Shown here: positions 34,626-46,085 of the stretch, piece after piece
Layout of the letters: each line of letters begins with the position of its first letter
How positions within the stretch are numbered: position 1 is the stretch's first letter
NCBI GenBank assembly: GCA_031422495.1
Contig: JANPLX010000100.1
Coordinates: 197 to 64,196, forward strand
Direction of reading: 5' to 3'
From: Polaromonas sp.
GTDB taxonomy: Bacteria > Pseudomonadota > Gammaproteobacteria > Burkholderiales > Burkholderiaceae_C
Length of the DNA: 64,000 nt
The notes under the pieces: model-generated
The model's database searches: none
What the model saw: the letters and a program-made list of their open reading frames with translations, nothing else
What the model was told of the DNA's origin: nothing
Position numbers and translations under genes: made by a program

Positions 34626-36902
34626 ATGTCAGAATTAAACCTATTTCAAAAACTGTTTTCTAGAAAATCTTCTCCGGTTGAAGAGGAGCAAACGCGAAGT
34701 TTTGATGCGTCACTTAATTCAGATGATGCGACATCCATGAATGCTGCAGACTCGTCTGCCATGCTATTAAATCCAGCAGCAGCGACCGCTGGAGCAGCTA
34801 CCTACGCGGAAGATGAGCCTGTCGTCTCAGACGCGGATTTGCTTGATATTCCGATTTTAGGCAAAAAAACTGTTACCCAACATCAACGAACTTTGGCCTC
34901 TCTACTTGCTTTAGCATTGTTACTGCTGGCTTTCGTGACGTTTTGGACGCTGAGTCGAGCGGATAAAGTGACGCAGCAGTTGTCAGCCACTGGCCAAGCT
35001 TTGATGCAGTCACAACGTCTCGCTAAATCTGTGTCGCAAGCGATGGTGGGTAGTGCCCAAGCGTTTCCTGACGTGAAAGAAAGCTCTGAAGTCTTTTCTA
35101 AAAGTATTCGTGCTTTAGAAAAGGGTGATGACACCATGCGTATCGATGCTGTGCCAGCAGATGCGCAACAAAATGTAGCTATTATTTCGCCATTGATGGA
35201 GCGAGCTGAAAAAAATGCAAAAACCGTGATGGGTCAGCAAAAAATCTTGACACAAATCAACTCTGCTTTGCGAGCAATTAATCGCCAATCGTCTGATTTG
35301 TTAGAGATTGCAGAAACGATTTCCTCACTAAAACTACAACAAAATGCTGCGCCCACAGAAATTTCAGCTGCCGGTCAGCTTGTGATGTTGACACAACGTA
35401 TCGGTAAATCAGCCAATGAATTTTTGACCATGGAGGGTGTGAGCGCAGAGGCTGTGTTCTTGTTAGGTAAAGACTTAAATTCGTTCAAAGAAATCGCGCA
35501 AGGTCTGCAAACAGGTAGTGCAGAGCTACGGTTGTCGGGCACCAAAGATCCGCAAACGATTGAGCGATTAACAGAGTTGAACAAGTTATACGATCAAACA
35601 CGTGTTCAAGCGGGTGCCATTTTGGGCAACTTGCAAGGTATTGTGTCAGCACGTGAAGCGCAGGTTTCTATTCTCAACGACAGTGAACCATTACGTAAAA
35701 ATTTGGAAGAGTTGCAACTTAAGTTGTCTGGCCAAACGGGTTTGGGTTTTTGGGGTATTTTGGGATTATTTTTATCTACTTTGTTTGCCTTGGCTTGCGC
35801 TGGCGGTTTGGCATTTGTGCAATTGCGGGACAGTAAGCGTCAACAAGCTGTGGCTCAAGCGCAGCGTCTAACAGCTGAAAGTCAAGAGTTGCAAGCCAAG
35901 CGCGTGAATGATGGTAACCAAGCGGCGATTTTGCGATTGATGAACGAGTTGCAAGCAGTTGCAGAGGGTGATTTGACACAAGAAACCACGGTGACTGAAG
36001 ACATTACGGGTGCCATTGCTGACTCTGTGAACTATACAGTCGAAGAATTGCGATTGTTGGTCGGAAACGTGCAAAACACCGCTAGCCGTGTAGCGCAAAC
36101 GACAACACAAGTTGAAAACACTTCAACTGAGCTGTTGGCTGCTTCTACAGAGCAGTTGCGTGAAATTCGTGAAACGGGTCAGTCTGTGTTGGATATGGCC
36201 GGTCGAATCAACAAAGTATCTGCGCAAGCACAAGATTCGGCTTTGGTGGCGCGTCAATCGCTGGTGGCTGCAGAGTCTGGCTTATCAGCGGTGCAAAATG
36301 CGATTGGCGGTATGAATTCCATTCGTGACCAAATTCAAGAAACATCCAAACGTATCAAACGATTGGGCGAATCTTCGCAAGAGATTGGTGAGATTACAGA
36401 ACTGATTTCTGATATTACCGAGCAAACCAACGTGCTGGCTTTGAATGCAACGATTCAAGCTGCATCAGCTGGTGAAGCTGGTCGGGGCTTCTCGGTAGTG
36501 GCGGAAGAGGTGCAGCGATTGGCTGAACGCTCAGCGGATGCGACACGACAAATTTCTGCACTGGTGAAAGCAATTCAAACCGACACTCAAGATGCGGTTG
36601 CTGCGATGGAGCGCTCAACACAGGGTGTGGTTGAAGGTGCAAAACTGTCAGATACTGCAGGTACGGCATTGACTGAGATTGATAAAGTTTCACGTCGTTT
36701 GGCAGAGTTGATTGAGCAAATTTCAAGCGCTACGTCTGCTGAGGCAACTTCTGCGAATACTGTGGCGAATAATATTCAACACATTTTTGCGGTGACCGAG
36801 CAAACCGGTGAAGGTACAAGAGCAACTGCGCAGCAGGTGCGTGAATTGTCGAAAATGGCCAATGATTTACGTGAATCAGTTTCGCGATTCAAGATTGCTT
36901 AA
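34626..36902 (+). CDS. pilJ: Methyl-accepting chemotaxis protein PilJ
   Basis: 758 aa: two transmembrane (TM) segments, a large periplasmic domain, HAMP, and the conserved signalling hairpin [40 protein letters not shown]. Confidence 0.9.
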   Translation: MSELNLFQKLFSRKSSPVEEEQTRSFDASLNSDDATSMNAADSSAMLLNPAAATAGAATYAEDEPVVSDADLLDIPILGKKTVTQHQRTLASLLALALLLLAFVTFWTLSRADKVTQQLSATGQALMQSQRLAKSVSQAMVGSAQAFPDVKESSEVFSKSIRALEKGDDTMRIDAVPADAQQNVAIISPLMERAEKNAKTVMGQQKILTQINSALRAINRQSSDLLEIAETISSLKLQQNAAPTEISAAGQLVMLTQRIGKSANEFLTMEGVSAEAVFLLGKDLNSFKEIAQGLQTGSAELRLSGTKDPQTIERLTELNKLYDQTRVQAGAILGNLQGIVSAREAQVSILNDSEPLRKNLEELQLKLSGQTGLGFWGILGLFLSTLFALACAGGLAFVQLRDSKRQQAVAQAQRLTAESQELQAKRVNDGNQAAILRLMNELQAVAEGDLTQETTVTEDITGAIADSVNYTVEELRLLVGNVQNTASRVAQTTTQVENTSTELLAASTEQLREIRETGQSVLDMAGRINKVSAQAQDSALVARQSLVAAESGLSAVQNAIGGMNSIRDQIQETSKRIKRLGESSQEIGEITELISDITEQTNVLALNATIQAASAGEAGRGFSVVAEEVQRLAERSADATRQISALVKAIQTDTQDAVAAMERSTQGVVEGAKLSDTAGTALTEIDKVSRRLAELIEQISSATSAEATSANTVANNIQHIFAVTEQTGEGTRATAQQVRELSKMANDLRESVSRFKIA

Positions 36903-36947
36903 GATTATACTTTTGTAAATTTTTAACCTTCCAATTACAAATCATTT

Positions 36948-39900
36948 ATGCAACTTGTAGATATCCCTTTGACCCCTGAGCTAGACGTGGCTGTAAAGGA
37001 TTTAGGTCCTTTATCGTGGGTATTGGAAGAATTACGCAAATCATTTGATGCGTCCATCAAAGGTTTAAAACGATTTGTACGTGAAACTAATGTTGTGCAG
37101 TCAGATCTTGCCGCTGTTGATGTCAACCCATTACGTGCTGCTAAATTGCATTTGCATCAGGCGTCTGGTGCCTTAAGGTTGTTGGAGTTAGAAGAGACGG
37201 TTGCAATTGTTGAGGCTATGGAGGCTGTCGTCAATAAATTTTCTCTTCGGCCATCATTGGCAACAGAGGATGCAACTAGTAAGCTTGAACACGCTAGCTT
37301 TGCAGTTTTAGAATATTTAGAATCGCTTTTAGCTGGCAAAGAAGTCTCGTCTGTTGGCTTGTTTGTTCAATACAGCGACGTGAAAGTATTGGCGGGTTTT
37401 GATCGTTCTCATCCTGCGGATCTATGGATGCGTCAGCCATTTACTTGGCTCAATCCAAGTATGCCGTCTATACGATCAATTGATTACGCGCCAGAAGTGC
37501 GCGCTTCAATTGATTCTGCCTTATTGAAAATAATGCAGTCTTCTGATGCCCTAGCGGCTAGCGAATTAAACCAAATCAGTCTAGGATTGGCGGAATCGCA
37601 AAGTAACGTAAAAGCCTCAGTATTTTGGAAAATTTGCGCAGCTTTTTTCGAGGCGTTAGCTCAAAAGCGAATTCCTGTGGACCTGTTTGCCAAGCGATCA
37701 GCGTCAGGTATCGTTGTTCATTACAACAATTTGAAGCATGGTGATTGGGTATTTTCAGACAAATTCATGCACAATTTGCTGTTCTTTTGTGATCAAGCGC
37801 AAATCGAAAGTCAAGCGCAATCACCCTGTTTGTCGATTGTTAAAAAAACATGGTCTCTGGCAACAAAACAGCCCGCTAATTACACAACGAGTCATTATGG
37901 GCACTTTGATCCTGCCCTGTTGGCATTGTCGAGAAAACGTATCGTTGTAGCTAAAGAATTGTGGACATCGCTTTCTGGCGGTGATATACAAAAGATTCGT
38001 GGCACATCGGAGCAATTTAAACTCGTTTCTGAATCCTTGTTGAAGCTATATCCTTCTAGCAAACCATTGGCGCAAGCTTTGCTCAATGCTTCTGACATTG
38101 TTGTAGCAACCAAAGAGCCACCACGTACTGAATTAGCCATGGAAGTGGCTACTGCCATACTCTATTTAGAAGCTGTATTTGAAGGCTGGGGCTCAACAGA
38201 TCAAGAGATGGAAAGTCGCGCTATCAAATTAGCGCAGCGTATGGAAAACGTTAGAAATGGCGGTCAATCTGAAACAGTAGAACCTTGGATTGAAGAGCTG
38301 TACCGTAGAGTCAGTGATAGAGAGTCGATGGGAAGTGTCGTCGGCGAGCTACGTATATGTTTGACAGATATTGAAAAATCTATCGACCAATACTTCCGTC
38401 ATCCAACTGAAAAGAATGTTTTGCAATTTGTTCCAAACAAGCTAGGGCAAATGCGCGGTATTTTCTCGGTACTTGGTTTAGATCAGGCTGCAAGTGCTGT
38501 AATAAGTATGCGAGATCGCGTCGAGGAATTTGAGCTAAATAATTTTGATTTTGATGCTGCACGTTTGGGTGGTCAAATCGATAAGTTTGGAAATAATTTA
38601 GGAGCACTCGGTTTTTTAATTGACATGCTCAATTATCAACCGGCTTTGGTGAAAAAATTATTTGTATATGACAGTAAGTCAGGCGATCTAAATCCGTTGA
38701 TGGGTCGTGAAGCAAAACAAATTGAGAGTTTTGCACCAGAGTTGCCTGTAATTCAACCAAGCCCAAGCCCAGTTGAAGCTGCTGCACTAGTCTTGCCCTT
38801 TGTAGCGGCCGTAGCTATTCCTGAGTCTACGTCACTTCCCGTTTCTGTTCCGATGCAATCAACTGTAAATGCATCCTCAACACAAATATCAGCATTGCCA
38901 GCATTGCCAGCAGTGCAAGTAGCACCAGTAACAGCAGCAATACCAGAGCCAGCGGCTGCAGTGATAGCGGTAGTAGCTAAACCTGTAGCCATACCAGAAT
39001 CTAAGTCGGTTACGGCAGAGTCTGAGAAAACTTTATCTGCTGATGAGATCGAACTTCGCTCAATTTTTTTAGAAGAAGCGGCTGAGGTAGTTGTTGCTGG
39101 ACTGCAAGCTTCGAACGCCATGTTGCTGCATCCAGAAAAACCAGAAAATCTTGAACTGCAATCTACTTTGCGCAGAGCCTTTCATACGTTAAAAGGCAGT
39201 GCGCGTATGGTTGGACTGGATGAGTTTGGGGAAGCAGGTTGGGCGTTCGAGCAACTTGTTAATACTAAGCTGGCAGATCAAAAACCATTTGAAGCTGATT
39301 TTTGCAGATTAACTATAGCTGCATTACAGTCGTTTAATATTTGGGCGAAAGACATTGAATCAAATACGGCACAGCGCTGGAAGGCTGATACTTTCCGTAA
39401 CGCTGCTGATGCAATGCGAATTGAAAATCGATTTGATATCACTGGTTTAATGCTTTCTGAAAATGAAATCAAGCAAGAGCAAAAAATTGAAGCAGTATTG
39501 TCTGAAGATGAAGCGTTATTGTTGTCGCTAGAAGCTTTCGAACTTCTAGAGTTGCCAGAAGCTACTTCGGAAATCGATGCAGAGCTTTTGCGCGAAGTTG
39601 TAAATAAAGCTGAGATTCAAGAAGAGGTTGCTAAATCATTTATAGCTCCAGCAGCTCCTGTAGCTTCTGTAGCTCCAGTTACGCCAATCATTGCAGCTGC
39701 AGAAGAAATACAAATTCCAAAAACAATCATCACGCATGACACGCCGAAAGTTGTTACTCAAACAGCTGGAACCATTGAAAACAAGACTCCGCAAATAACT
39801 GTGCCAGTAATAGTGCCAGAACCAGTGCCAGCGCCAGCGTCAGCGTCAGCGTCAGTCATTTTGCAGGTTCAGGAAGCTAAATCAAAACCTTTGACTGTAG

Positions 39901-42900
39901 CCGCTAATTCAGTAGTTGTGCTCAAGCCATCTGTAAATTCTGCGCAACACGAAGAGCAATTCAAAGTCATTGGCTCATTGAAAATTGGCATTCCGCTTTA
40001 CAACGTCTATTTGAATGAAGCGGACGAATGGTCTAGGTGTTTAGTCACAGAATTAGACGAATGGGCGTTGGAGCTACATCGTCCCTTGCTTGCAACGACG
40101 GTCAATTACGCGCATTCTTTGGCTGGTAGTTCTGCTACCGTCGGATTCAAGCAATTGTCAGGATTGGCAAAATTATTAGAGCATGCATTAGACAAGGCAA
40201 CTCAGCAATTGCAAGGAAATGTTGAACATGCTCGTCTCTTCGCTGCTGCTGCTGAAGAATGTCGCCGTTTGTTGCATCAGTTTGCAGCTGGGTTTTTAGT
40301 AGAACCGAAATCAAGTGTTGTTCGCGAACTTGAGGCGTTTAAGTTGTTGGTCGTGAAAGATGAACTTCCTCCTGTTATTGAAGTATTAAATAAATCTAAG
40401 CCCGAGCCCGAGCTTAAAGATGCTGCCAAATTGGAGATTGAGAAGGTAGAGAAGGCAGAGAAGTTAGAACAAGTAACTAATAAAATTTCATTTGCAACCA
40501 TATCTGCGCACGAAACTAAAAATACACAGACTGTACGTAATAAATCTTCAATATTGCACATCGACAATGATGATGATATTGAACTTGTTGACACATTAGA
40601 TGCTGATCTATTTCATATATTTGAAGAAGAGGCACAAGAGTTATTGCCCAATTTGGGTAAAGCAATGCGGCAATGGTCTGTGCATCCAGATAATTTGAGT
40701 GCACGATCTGAAATTTTGCGAACTCTACATACGTTAAAAGGCAGTTCACGTTTGGCAGGCGCTATGCGCTTGGGCGAATTATCGCACCGCATGGAGTCTG
40801 AAATTGAGGCTTTAGGGACTGAGAATTTATCAGTTGATATGCTTGAGCCTTTGAATGTTCGGCTAGAACATCTTCAGCAAAACTTCGAGGCTTTGCGACA
40901 TCCAACTGAGTATTTGAATACTGATAGCAAAGTCGAGCAGATATTAGTTGTTGATGCTGAGGTTGAAAAATCTAGACTGATCAATACGGCACTTGCAAAA
41001 GATGTTTCAAGTGTAGAGGTTGGTAAATCATCAAAAATGATGGTTAAACCACCCGCAAGTAGCATTTTGAAAGCGGATAAAAAGGAATCCAGACAATCAG
41101 TCAGAGTACGCGCACGTTTGTTAGACCGACTGGTCAACCAAGCGGGAGAGGTGATGTTGACGCGGACTCGGATTGAATCTGAATTGGGTCAATTGCGTGG
41201 CACTTTAGGTGACCTCACAGGAAACTTAGATCGCTTGCGTCAACAACTTCGCGATGTTGAGTTTCAAGCAGAAACGCAAATGCAATCGCGGATGGAGCAG
41301 TCAAAAGATTCTCAAAAAGGATTTGATCCGCTCGAGTTTGACCGGTTTACTCGCGTTCAAGAGTTGACGCGTATGATGGCAGAGTCTGTAAACGACGTTG
41401 CAACTGTTCAGCGCAGCTTGCAAAGAACAGTCGATTTAACAGAAGACGATTTGGTGGCTCAGGCGCGACAAACTCGTGATTTGCAGCGGGATTTGTTGCG
41501 TACGCGCATGGAAGAGTTTGAAAGTATTTCAGATCGACTTTATCGTGTTGTTAGACAGGCATCAAAGGATACCGATAAACAAGTAAAGCTTGACATCGTG
41601 GGTGGTTCAATTGAAGTTGACCGTGGCGTGCTTGAGCGCATGACGCCTTCATTCGAGCATTTACTTCGTAATTGTGTAGCACATGGATTGGAATCGGCTG
41701 AAAAAAGAGCTCAAACTGGAAAAGATGCAATTGGTGCTATTGCAATTAATCTGATGCAAGACGGTAATGATGTGGTCATTGAGTTTAGTGATGACGGAGG
41801 CGGTCTCAATTACCAGCGTATCCGCGAGCAAGCGATAGCCCAAAAGTTAATTGATAAAAACAATAAATTGACTGATGCCGAAACTATCAATTTAATTTTT
41901 ACACCAGGATTATCAACTGCCACCAAAGTAACTGAGTTATCGGGTCGCGGCATTGGTTTGGATGTTGTTCGTTCTGAAATTATTGCTTTGGGTGGCCGCA
42001 TTGATGTTAGCAGTGAGCCTAACAAAGGTTCTCGCTTCAAACTGGTGTTACCGTTAACAACAGCAGTCACGCAGGTGGTCATGATGCGTTCTGGCAATTT
42101 GTCTTTTGGTGTTCCATCGCATTTGGTAGAGATTGTACGTAGAGCACCGTTGGCAGATGTAGAGAAAGCTTATAACCACGCGTATTGGGGTACTGCTGAA
42201 GACAACATACCTTTTTATTGGTCCGGGTCTTTACTGCAAGCTTCTCAGCGAAGTAGCGAGCCTTTGACTAAGACAAATCCAGTGGTTATTTTTAGAAGCG
42301 CTGGTCAGCGAATCGCTATCCATGTCGATGAAATCTTTGGTAATAAGGAAGTTGTGATTAAGAATCTAGGCCCACAACTTGCACGCTTGCCAGGCCTTGC
42401 GGGTATGGCGATTCTTGTATCTGGTGCAGTAGCGCTGATATACAACCCAGTAGCACTGGCAGCCGTTTATGGCTCTTCTGTACAGCAATACAGCCCCACA
42501 CGCTTTCAAGATGCACCAGCCGCTGGCGGTGTGATTTCGCCTACGCAAGCAAGCCTCGCTGAGCTTCAAACGCCTTTGGTTTTGGTGGTTGATGACTCGA
42601 TAACTGTACGCCGAGTGACGCAACGAATGTTGCAACGTGAAGGCTTCCGCGTTGTCTTGGCAGTCGATGGTTTGCAAGCGATTGAAAAGTTAAACCTTGA
42701 AATTCCAGCGGTTGTCTTGTCAGACATTGAAATGCCACGTATGGACGGTTTTGATTTGGTGCGCAATATCCGCGCAGACTCTAAGTTGAAGCACTTACCA
42801 ATCGTCATGATCACTTCACGCATTGCTGAGAAGCATCGTGAGTTGGCTATGGAGCTTGGCGTGAATGACTATTTAGGTAAGCCATATTCTGAAGAAGGTT

Positions 42901-42965
42901 TGCTCACTGTGTTGCGTCAGCATACTGCGCAAAAAGTTGCAGAACCAGAAAAAATTAAAGTTTAG
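36948..42965 (+). CDS. chpA: ChpA/PilL hybrid CheA-type histidine kinase (multi-Hpt, HATPase, CheW-like, C-terminal receiver)
   Basis: 2005 aa. Hpt-like motifs are LHLHQASGALRLL, RGIFSVLGLDQAA (no His), FHTLKGSARMVGL, AHSLAGSSATVGF and LHTLKGSSRLAG. The kinase core has GRGIGLDVV, followed by a CheW-like domain and a receiver LVVDDS...DIEMPRMDG. Confidence 0.9.
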   Translation: MQLVDIPLTPELDVAVKDLGPLSWVLEELRKSFDASIKGLKRFVRETNVVQSDLAAVDVNPLRAAKLHLHQASGALRLLELEETVAIVEAMEAVVNKFSLRPSLATEDATSKLEHASFAVLEYLESLLAGKEVSSVGLFVQYSDVKVLAGFDRSHPADLWMRQPFTWLNPSMPSIRSIDYAPEVRASIDSALLKIMQSSDALAASELNQISLGLAESQSNVKASVFWKICAAFFEALAQKRIPVDLFAKRSASGIVVHYNNLKHGDWVFSDKFMHNLLFFCDQAQIESQAQSPCLSIVKKTWSLATKQPANYTTSHYGHFDPALLALSRKRIVVAKELWTSLSGGDIQKIRGTSEQFKLVSESLLKLYPSSKPLAQALLNASDIVVATKEPPRTELAMEVATAILYLEAVFEGWGSTDQEMESRAIKLAQRMENVRNGGQSETVEPWIEELYRRVSDRESMGSVVGELRICLTDIEKSIDQYFRHPTEKNVLQFVPNKLGQMRGIFSVLGLDQAASAVISMRDRVEEFELNNFDFDAARLGGQIDKFGNNLGALGFLIDMLNYQPALVKKLFVYDSKSGDLNPLMGREAKQIESFAPELPVIQPSPSPVEAAALVLPFVAAVAIPESTSLPVSVPMQSTVNASSTQISALPALPAVQVAPVTAAIPEPAAAVIAVVAKPVAIPESKSVTAESEKTLSADEIELRSIFLEEAAEVVVAGLQASNAMLLHPEKPENLELQSTLRRAFHTLKGSARMVGLDEFGEAGWAFEQLVNTKLADQKPFEADFCRLTIAALQSFNIWAKDIESNTAQRWKADTFRNAADAMRIENRFDITGLMLSENEIKQEQKIEAVLSEDEALLLSLEAFELLELPEATSEIDAELLREVVNKAEIQEEVAKSFIAPAAPVASVAPVTPIIAAAEEIQIPKTIITHDTPKVVTQTAGTIENKTPQITVPVIVPEPVPAPASASASVILQVQEAKSKPLTVAANSVVVLKPSVNSAQHEEQFKVIGSLKIGIPLYNVYLNEADEWSRCLVTELDEWALELHRPLLATTVNYAHSLAGSSATVGFKQLSGLAKLLEHALDKATQQLQGNVEHARLFAAAAEECRRLLHQFAAGFLVEPKSSVVRELEAFKLLVVKDELPPVIEVLNKSKPEPELKDAAKLEIEKVEKAEKLEQVTNKISFATISAHETKNTQTVRNKSSILHIDNDDDIELVDTLDADLFHIFEEEAQELLPNLGKAMRQWSVHPDNLSARSEILRTLHTLKGSSRLAGAMRLGELSHRMESEIEALGTENLSVDMLEPLNVRLEHLQQNFEALRHPTEYLNTDSKVEQILVVDAEVEKSRLINTALAKDVSSVEVGKSSKMMVKPPASSILKADKKESRQSVRVRARLLDRLVNQAGEVMLTRTRIESELGQLRGTLGDLTGNLDRLRQQLRDVEFQAETQMQSRMEQSKDSQKGFDPLEFDRFTRVQELTRMMAESVNDVATVQRSLQRTVDLTEDDLVAQARQTRDLQRDLLRTRMEEFESISDRLYRVVRQASKDTDKQVKLDIVGGSIEVDRGVLERMTPSFEHLLRNCVAHGLESAEKRAQTGKDAIGAIAINLMQDGNDVVIEFSDDGGGLNYQRIREQAIAQKLIDKNNKLTDAETINLIFTPGLSTATKVTELSGRGIGLDVVRSEIIALGGRIDVSSEPNKGSRFKLVLPLTTAVTQVVMMRSGNLSFGVPSHLVEIVRRAPLADVEKAYNHAYWGTAEDNIPFYWSGSLLQASQRSSEPLTKTNPVVIFRSAGQRIAIHVDEIFGNKEVVIKNLGPQLARLPGLAGMAILVSGAVALIYNPVALAAVYGSSVQQYSPTRFQDAPAAGGVISPTQASLAELQTPLVLVVDDSITVRRVTQRMLQREGFRVVLAVDGLQAIEKLNLEIPAVVLSDIEMPRMDGFDLVRNIRADSKLKHLPIVMITSRIAEKHRELAMELGVNDYLGKPYSEEGLLTVLRQHTAQKVAEPEKIKV

Positions 42966-44434
42966 TTTTTTACTTTTTTAACTACCGAGTATCTAAGCAA
43001 AGTTTTTTCTCGAGCCTCTGCATGATTCACGACTGGATATGGATAATCCAAACCAATCGTTACGCATGCAGATTCCAAGTCAATAGGTTTTGCGTTCCAC
43101 GGCTCATGCAGTGCTGAATTAGGTAATTTTCTCAATTGTGGCAAATACTTTCTAATAAACTTACCTTCAGCATCAAACTTTTCACTTTGACTGGTTGGAT
43201 TGAAAATTCGAAAGTAGGGTTGTGCATCACAACCACTAGAACTTGCCCATTGCCAACCGCCATTGTTGGCAGATAAATCAAAGTCGTTAAGTTTCTCTGC
43301 GAAATATCGTTCACCCCAGCGCCAGTCGATACCTAAATCTTTGACCAAAAAACTAGCCGCTACCATACGCAAGCGGTTGTGCATATAACCCGTTTGATTG
43401 ATCTGAGCCATGGCAGCATCAACCAAGGGATATCCCGTTCGCCCCTCGCACCAAGCTGCAAACAAGCTATCTGCTCTTTCACCTTGCTCCCATTTGATGG
43501 CGTTGTATTCCGGTTTAAATGCGCCTGATGCCGCGTACGGAAAGTTGCTGAGAATTTGAAAATAGAAATCACGCCAAATCAACTCACTCAACCAAACATT
43601 CGCACCTTGGCTGCCCACTAACACGCGTTGGTACGCTACAGCTGCTAATTTCCGAATTGACACCGTTCCAAACCGCAGGTGCACGCCTAAATAGCTGGGA
43701 CCTTTAACAGCAGGGAAGTCGCGAGTGGCGTGGTAATCATCCATGCGGTCAAAAAAATCTTCAAATAATTGTCGTCCACCCTCCATGCCCGTGGGTATTT
43801 TTAGTGCTGCTAAGTTAGTTGATTCAAAACCTATTTCAGCTAGTTTGGCAACTGATCGTCGATGTTCAACCGGGCGTTCCACTAGAGCATTCTTGTACTT
43901 TTCTACAAGGTAGGGTCGCAGATAAAATTCAGTAAGCTTCTTGAGGTACGCATTTTTGTACGGGGTGAAAACGCCATATGGTTTACCCATTTGTGTGAGA
44001 ATTTCAGTCCGTTCAAAAATCACATGGTCTTTATAAGTGTGAAAAGCAATACCAAGGTTGGCTAATTTCCCGAGTACCACCGAATCTCGATTAACCGCTT
44101 GAGGTTCGTAGTCATGATTGGAGAAAACCGCTTGAGCTGACAACTCTTGTGCTAGCTTTGGAATCTCATCACTCGCCCAAGCATGTCGAACGATCAAACC
44201 GCTATTGGGTTTGTCTGAAAGTTGGCGAATCGATGCATCAAGTTCAACCAAGGACTCGCGTATAAACTCAACCCTGCGGTCGGCTTTCGGCAATGAATCT
44301 AAAATTTCGCGGTCGAATACAAAGACACAATGCACGGTTTTACAGTGTTTTAGGGCGTGGTACAGCGCAGCATTATCATCTGTGCGCAAATCGCGTCTGA
44401 ACCACATTAAGCCGGTGTCAAATTCTTTGTCCAT
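42962..44434 (-). CDS. phrB: Deoxyribodipyrimidine photolyase / cryptochrome family protein
   Basis: 490 aa with N-terminal LMWFRRDLRTDDNAAL and FAD-binding C-terminal WRDFY...TGYPLVDAAM..L..TGYMHNRLRM. It overlaps the chpA stop convergently by 4 bp. Confidence 0.85.
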   Translation of the reverse strand: MDKEFDTGLMWFRRDLRTDDNAALYHALKHCKTVHCVFVFDREILDSLPKADRRVEFIRESLVELDASIRQLSDKPNSGLIVRHAWASDEIPKLAQELSAQAVFSNHDYEPQAVNRDSVVLGKLANLGIAFHTYKDHVIFERTEILTQMGKPYGVFTPYKNAYLKKLTEFYLRPYLVEKYKNALVERPVEHRRSVAKLAEIGFESTNLAALKIPTGMEGGRQLFEDFFDRMDDYHATRDFPAVKGPSYLGVHLRFGTVSIRKLAAVAYQRVLVGSQGANVWLSELIWRDFYFQILSNFPYAASGAFKPEYNAIKWEQGERADSLFAAWCEGRTGYPLVDAAMAQINQTGYMHNRLRMVAASFLVKDLGIDWRWGERYFAEKLNDFDLSANNGGWQWASSSGCDAQPYFRIFNPTSQSEKFDAEGKFIRKYLPQLRKLPNSALHEPWNAKPIDLESACVTIGLDYPYPVVNHAEAREKTLLRYSVVKKVKN

Positions 44435-44477
44435 ATTTTCAGCAAACTTCCTGTTGCGTTCCCGTTAAAATGATGCC

Positions 44478-45089
44478 ATGTCAGCTGATTTTGCACCAAT
44501 TAACCTCACCCACCATTTCTTGATCGCCATGCCGGGTCTTGAGGACGACGGTTTTGCCAGATCGGTGGTGTATTTATGCGAGCATAGTAAGCGTGGCGCC
44601 TTGGGTTTGGTGATCAATAAGCCTAGCGAATTAAATCTAAAAAATTTGTTTGATAAAGTTGACTTGCCCATGCCACGGCAAGATCTGACAACTGCAGTCG
44701 TCTTCCACGGTGGCCCGGTTCAGACTGAGCGTGGTTTTGTGCTCCATGAAGCCATGCATGGCACGCCTTCTGCCGGTGATACGCCCTCTGAAAAATCGGT
44801 TTATGCGTCAACCATGACCATTCCTGGCGGGCTAGAAATGACCACCTCGCGCGATGTTTTAGAAGCCATATCTACTGGTTCAGGCCCGAGCCGCGTTTTG
44901 GTGTCGCTTGGCTATTCCTCATGGGGCAAGGGTCAGCTTGAATCTGAATTGGCTGGCAACAGCTGGCTGACCGTCGCTGCAGACCTCAATGTCATTTTCG
45001 ACACGCCGATTGAGCAGCGTTATGACAAAGCCCTGAAGCTTCTGGGCATTGAGGCATGGATGTTGTCGCCAGTGGCGGGCAGAGCGTGA
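44478..45089 (+). CDS. yqgE: YqgE/AlgH family protein (UPF0301)
   Basis: LTHHFLIAMPGLEDDGFARSVVYLCEHSKRGALGLVINKP is the family hallmark. Confidence 0.85.
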   Translation: MSADFAPINLTHHFLIAMPGLEDDGFARSVVYLCEHSKRGALGLVINKPSELNLKNLFDKVDLPMPRQDLTTAVVFHGGPVQTERGFVLHEAMHGTPSAGDTPSEKSVYASTMTIPGGLEMTTSRDVLEAISTGSGPSRVLVSLGYSSWGKGQLESELAGNSWLTVAADLNVIFDTPIEQRYDKALKLLGIEAWMLSPVAGRA

Positions 45090-45094
45090 GCTCC

Positions 45095-45523
45095 ATGTCT
45101 GCCGCTTCCCCACCTTCAAGCCCACTTACCGTCCCTGCGCATTGCCAGTCATTTTTAGCGTTTGATTTCGGGCTCAAACGCACAGGCGCCGCTGTTGGTA
45201 ATCGCCTCATGCGTACAGCGCAAGGATTAGTCACTATCAAAGCAGAAGGCGATGCTCGCTGGCCTCTCATAGCAGATCGCATCAAAGAGTGGCAGCCTGA
45301 TGCTATAGTGATCGGCGTTCCCTACTACCAAGACGGTGCTGCGCACGATAATACCAGACGAGCAAAAAAATTTGGTCGACAATTGCATGCAAGGTACAAC
45401 TTGCCAGTTTTTGAAGTAGATGAGCGGTATAGCACCACAGAAGCACTAGAAATGGGTGCCAAGGACCCAGATGCTGGTGCAGCCTGTATCATCCTAGAGC
45501 AGTTTTTAAGGAGTTTGCCTTGA
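45095..45523 (+). CDS. ruvX: Holliday-junction resolvase-like nuclease RuvX (YqgF)
   Basis: FLAFDFGLKRTGAAVGN motif. The internal start MSAASPP avoids overlap with yqgE (the ORF track starts at 45056). Confidence 0.8.
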   Translation: MSAASPPSSPLTVPAHCQSFLAFDFGLKRTGAAVGNRLMRTAQGLVTIKAEGDARWPLIADRIKEWQPDAIVIGVPYYQDGAAHDNTRRAKKFGRQLHARYNLPVFEVDERYSTTEALEMGAKDPDAGAACIILEQFLRSLP

Positions 45524-46056
45524 CATCACCGACTTCGCCTTCTGTGGGAACTCTGGCCTTAGACGCCGAGGCCATGTACCAAGATTTGCTTCGCTATGTG
45601 CAGCAAATTCATGCACCAACTATGCAGTTGGTCGGTATTACCTCTGGCGGAGCTTGGTTGGTCGAGCGCTTACATCGCGATTTGAAGTTAACAGGCAAAC
45701 CAGGCATCATTTCCTCGACCTTGCACCGCGACGATTTTTCAAAACGCGGCTTAAGTGATGGCGGTCAGACGACGCTGCCATTTGATGTCGAAGGCGCAGA
45801 TATTTTGTTGGTTGACGACGTGCTGTTCACCGGTCGAACTATACGCGCAGTGGTCAACGAACTCTTCGATTACGGTCGCCCACTCCGAGTGCAACTTGCC
45901 GTTTTGGTGGACAGAGGTGGTCGTGAACTACCTATCCATGCCGAGTATGCCTCAGCTCGTTTATTCTTACCTACTAATCAATCACTCACCTTGGCCCGCA
46001 GCGAAGCTGGAACATTCAGCTTTGAAGTCAGAGAACGCTTGAACACTAAAAAATAA
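45520..46056 (+). CDS. pyrR: PyrR: bifunctional pyr regulator / uracil phosphoribosyltransferase
   Basis: 178 aa with the PRPP-binding loop ILLVDDVLFTGRTIRA. Confidence 0.85.
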   Translation: MTSPTSPSVGTLALDAEAMYQDLLRYVQQIHAPTMQLVGITSGGAWLVERLHRDLKLTGKPGIISSTLHRDDFSKRGLSDGGQTTLPFDVEGADILLVDDVLFTGRTIRAVVNELFDYGRPLRVQLAVLVDRGGRELPIHAEYASARLFLPTNQSLTLARSEAGTFSFEVRERLNTKK

Positions 46057-46085
46057 AACTAAAAAATAAAACTAAAAATACAATA
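46045..46085 (+). repeat. AT-rich 13-bp tandem repeat spanning the pyrR stop and the pyrB leader
   Basis: actaaaaaataaa / actaaaaaataaa / actaaaaatacaa.... Confidence 0.7.
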
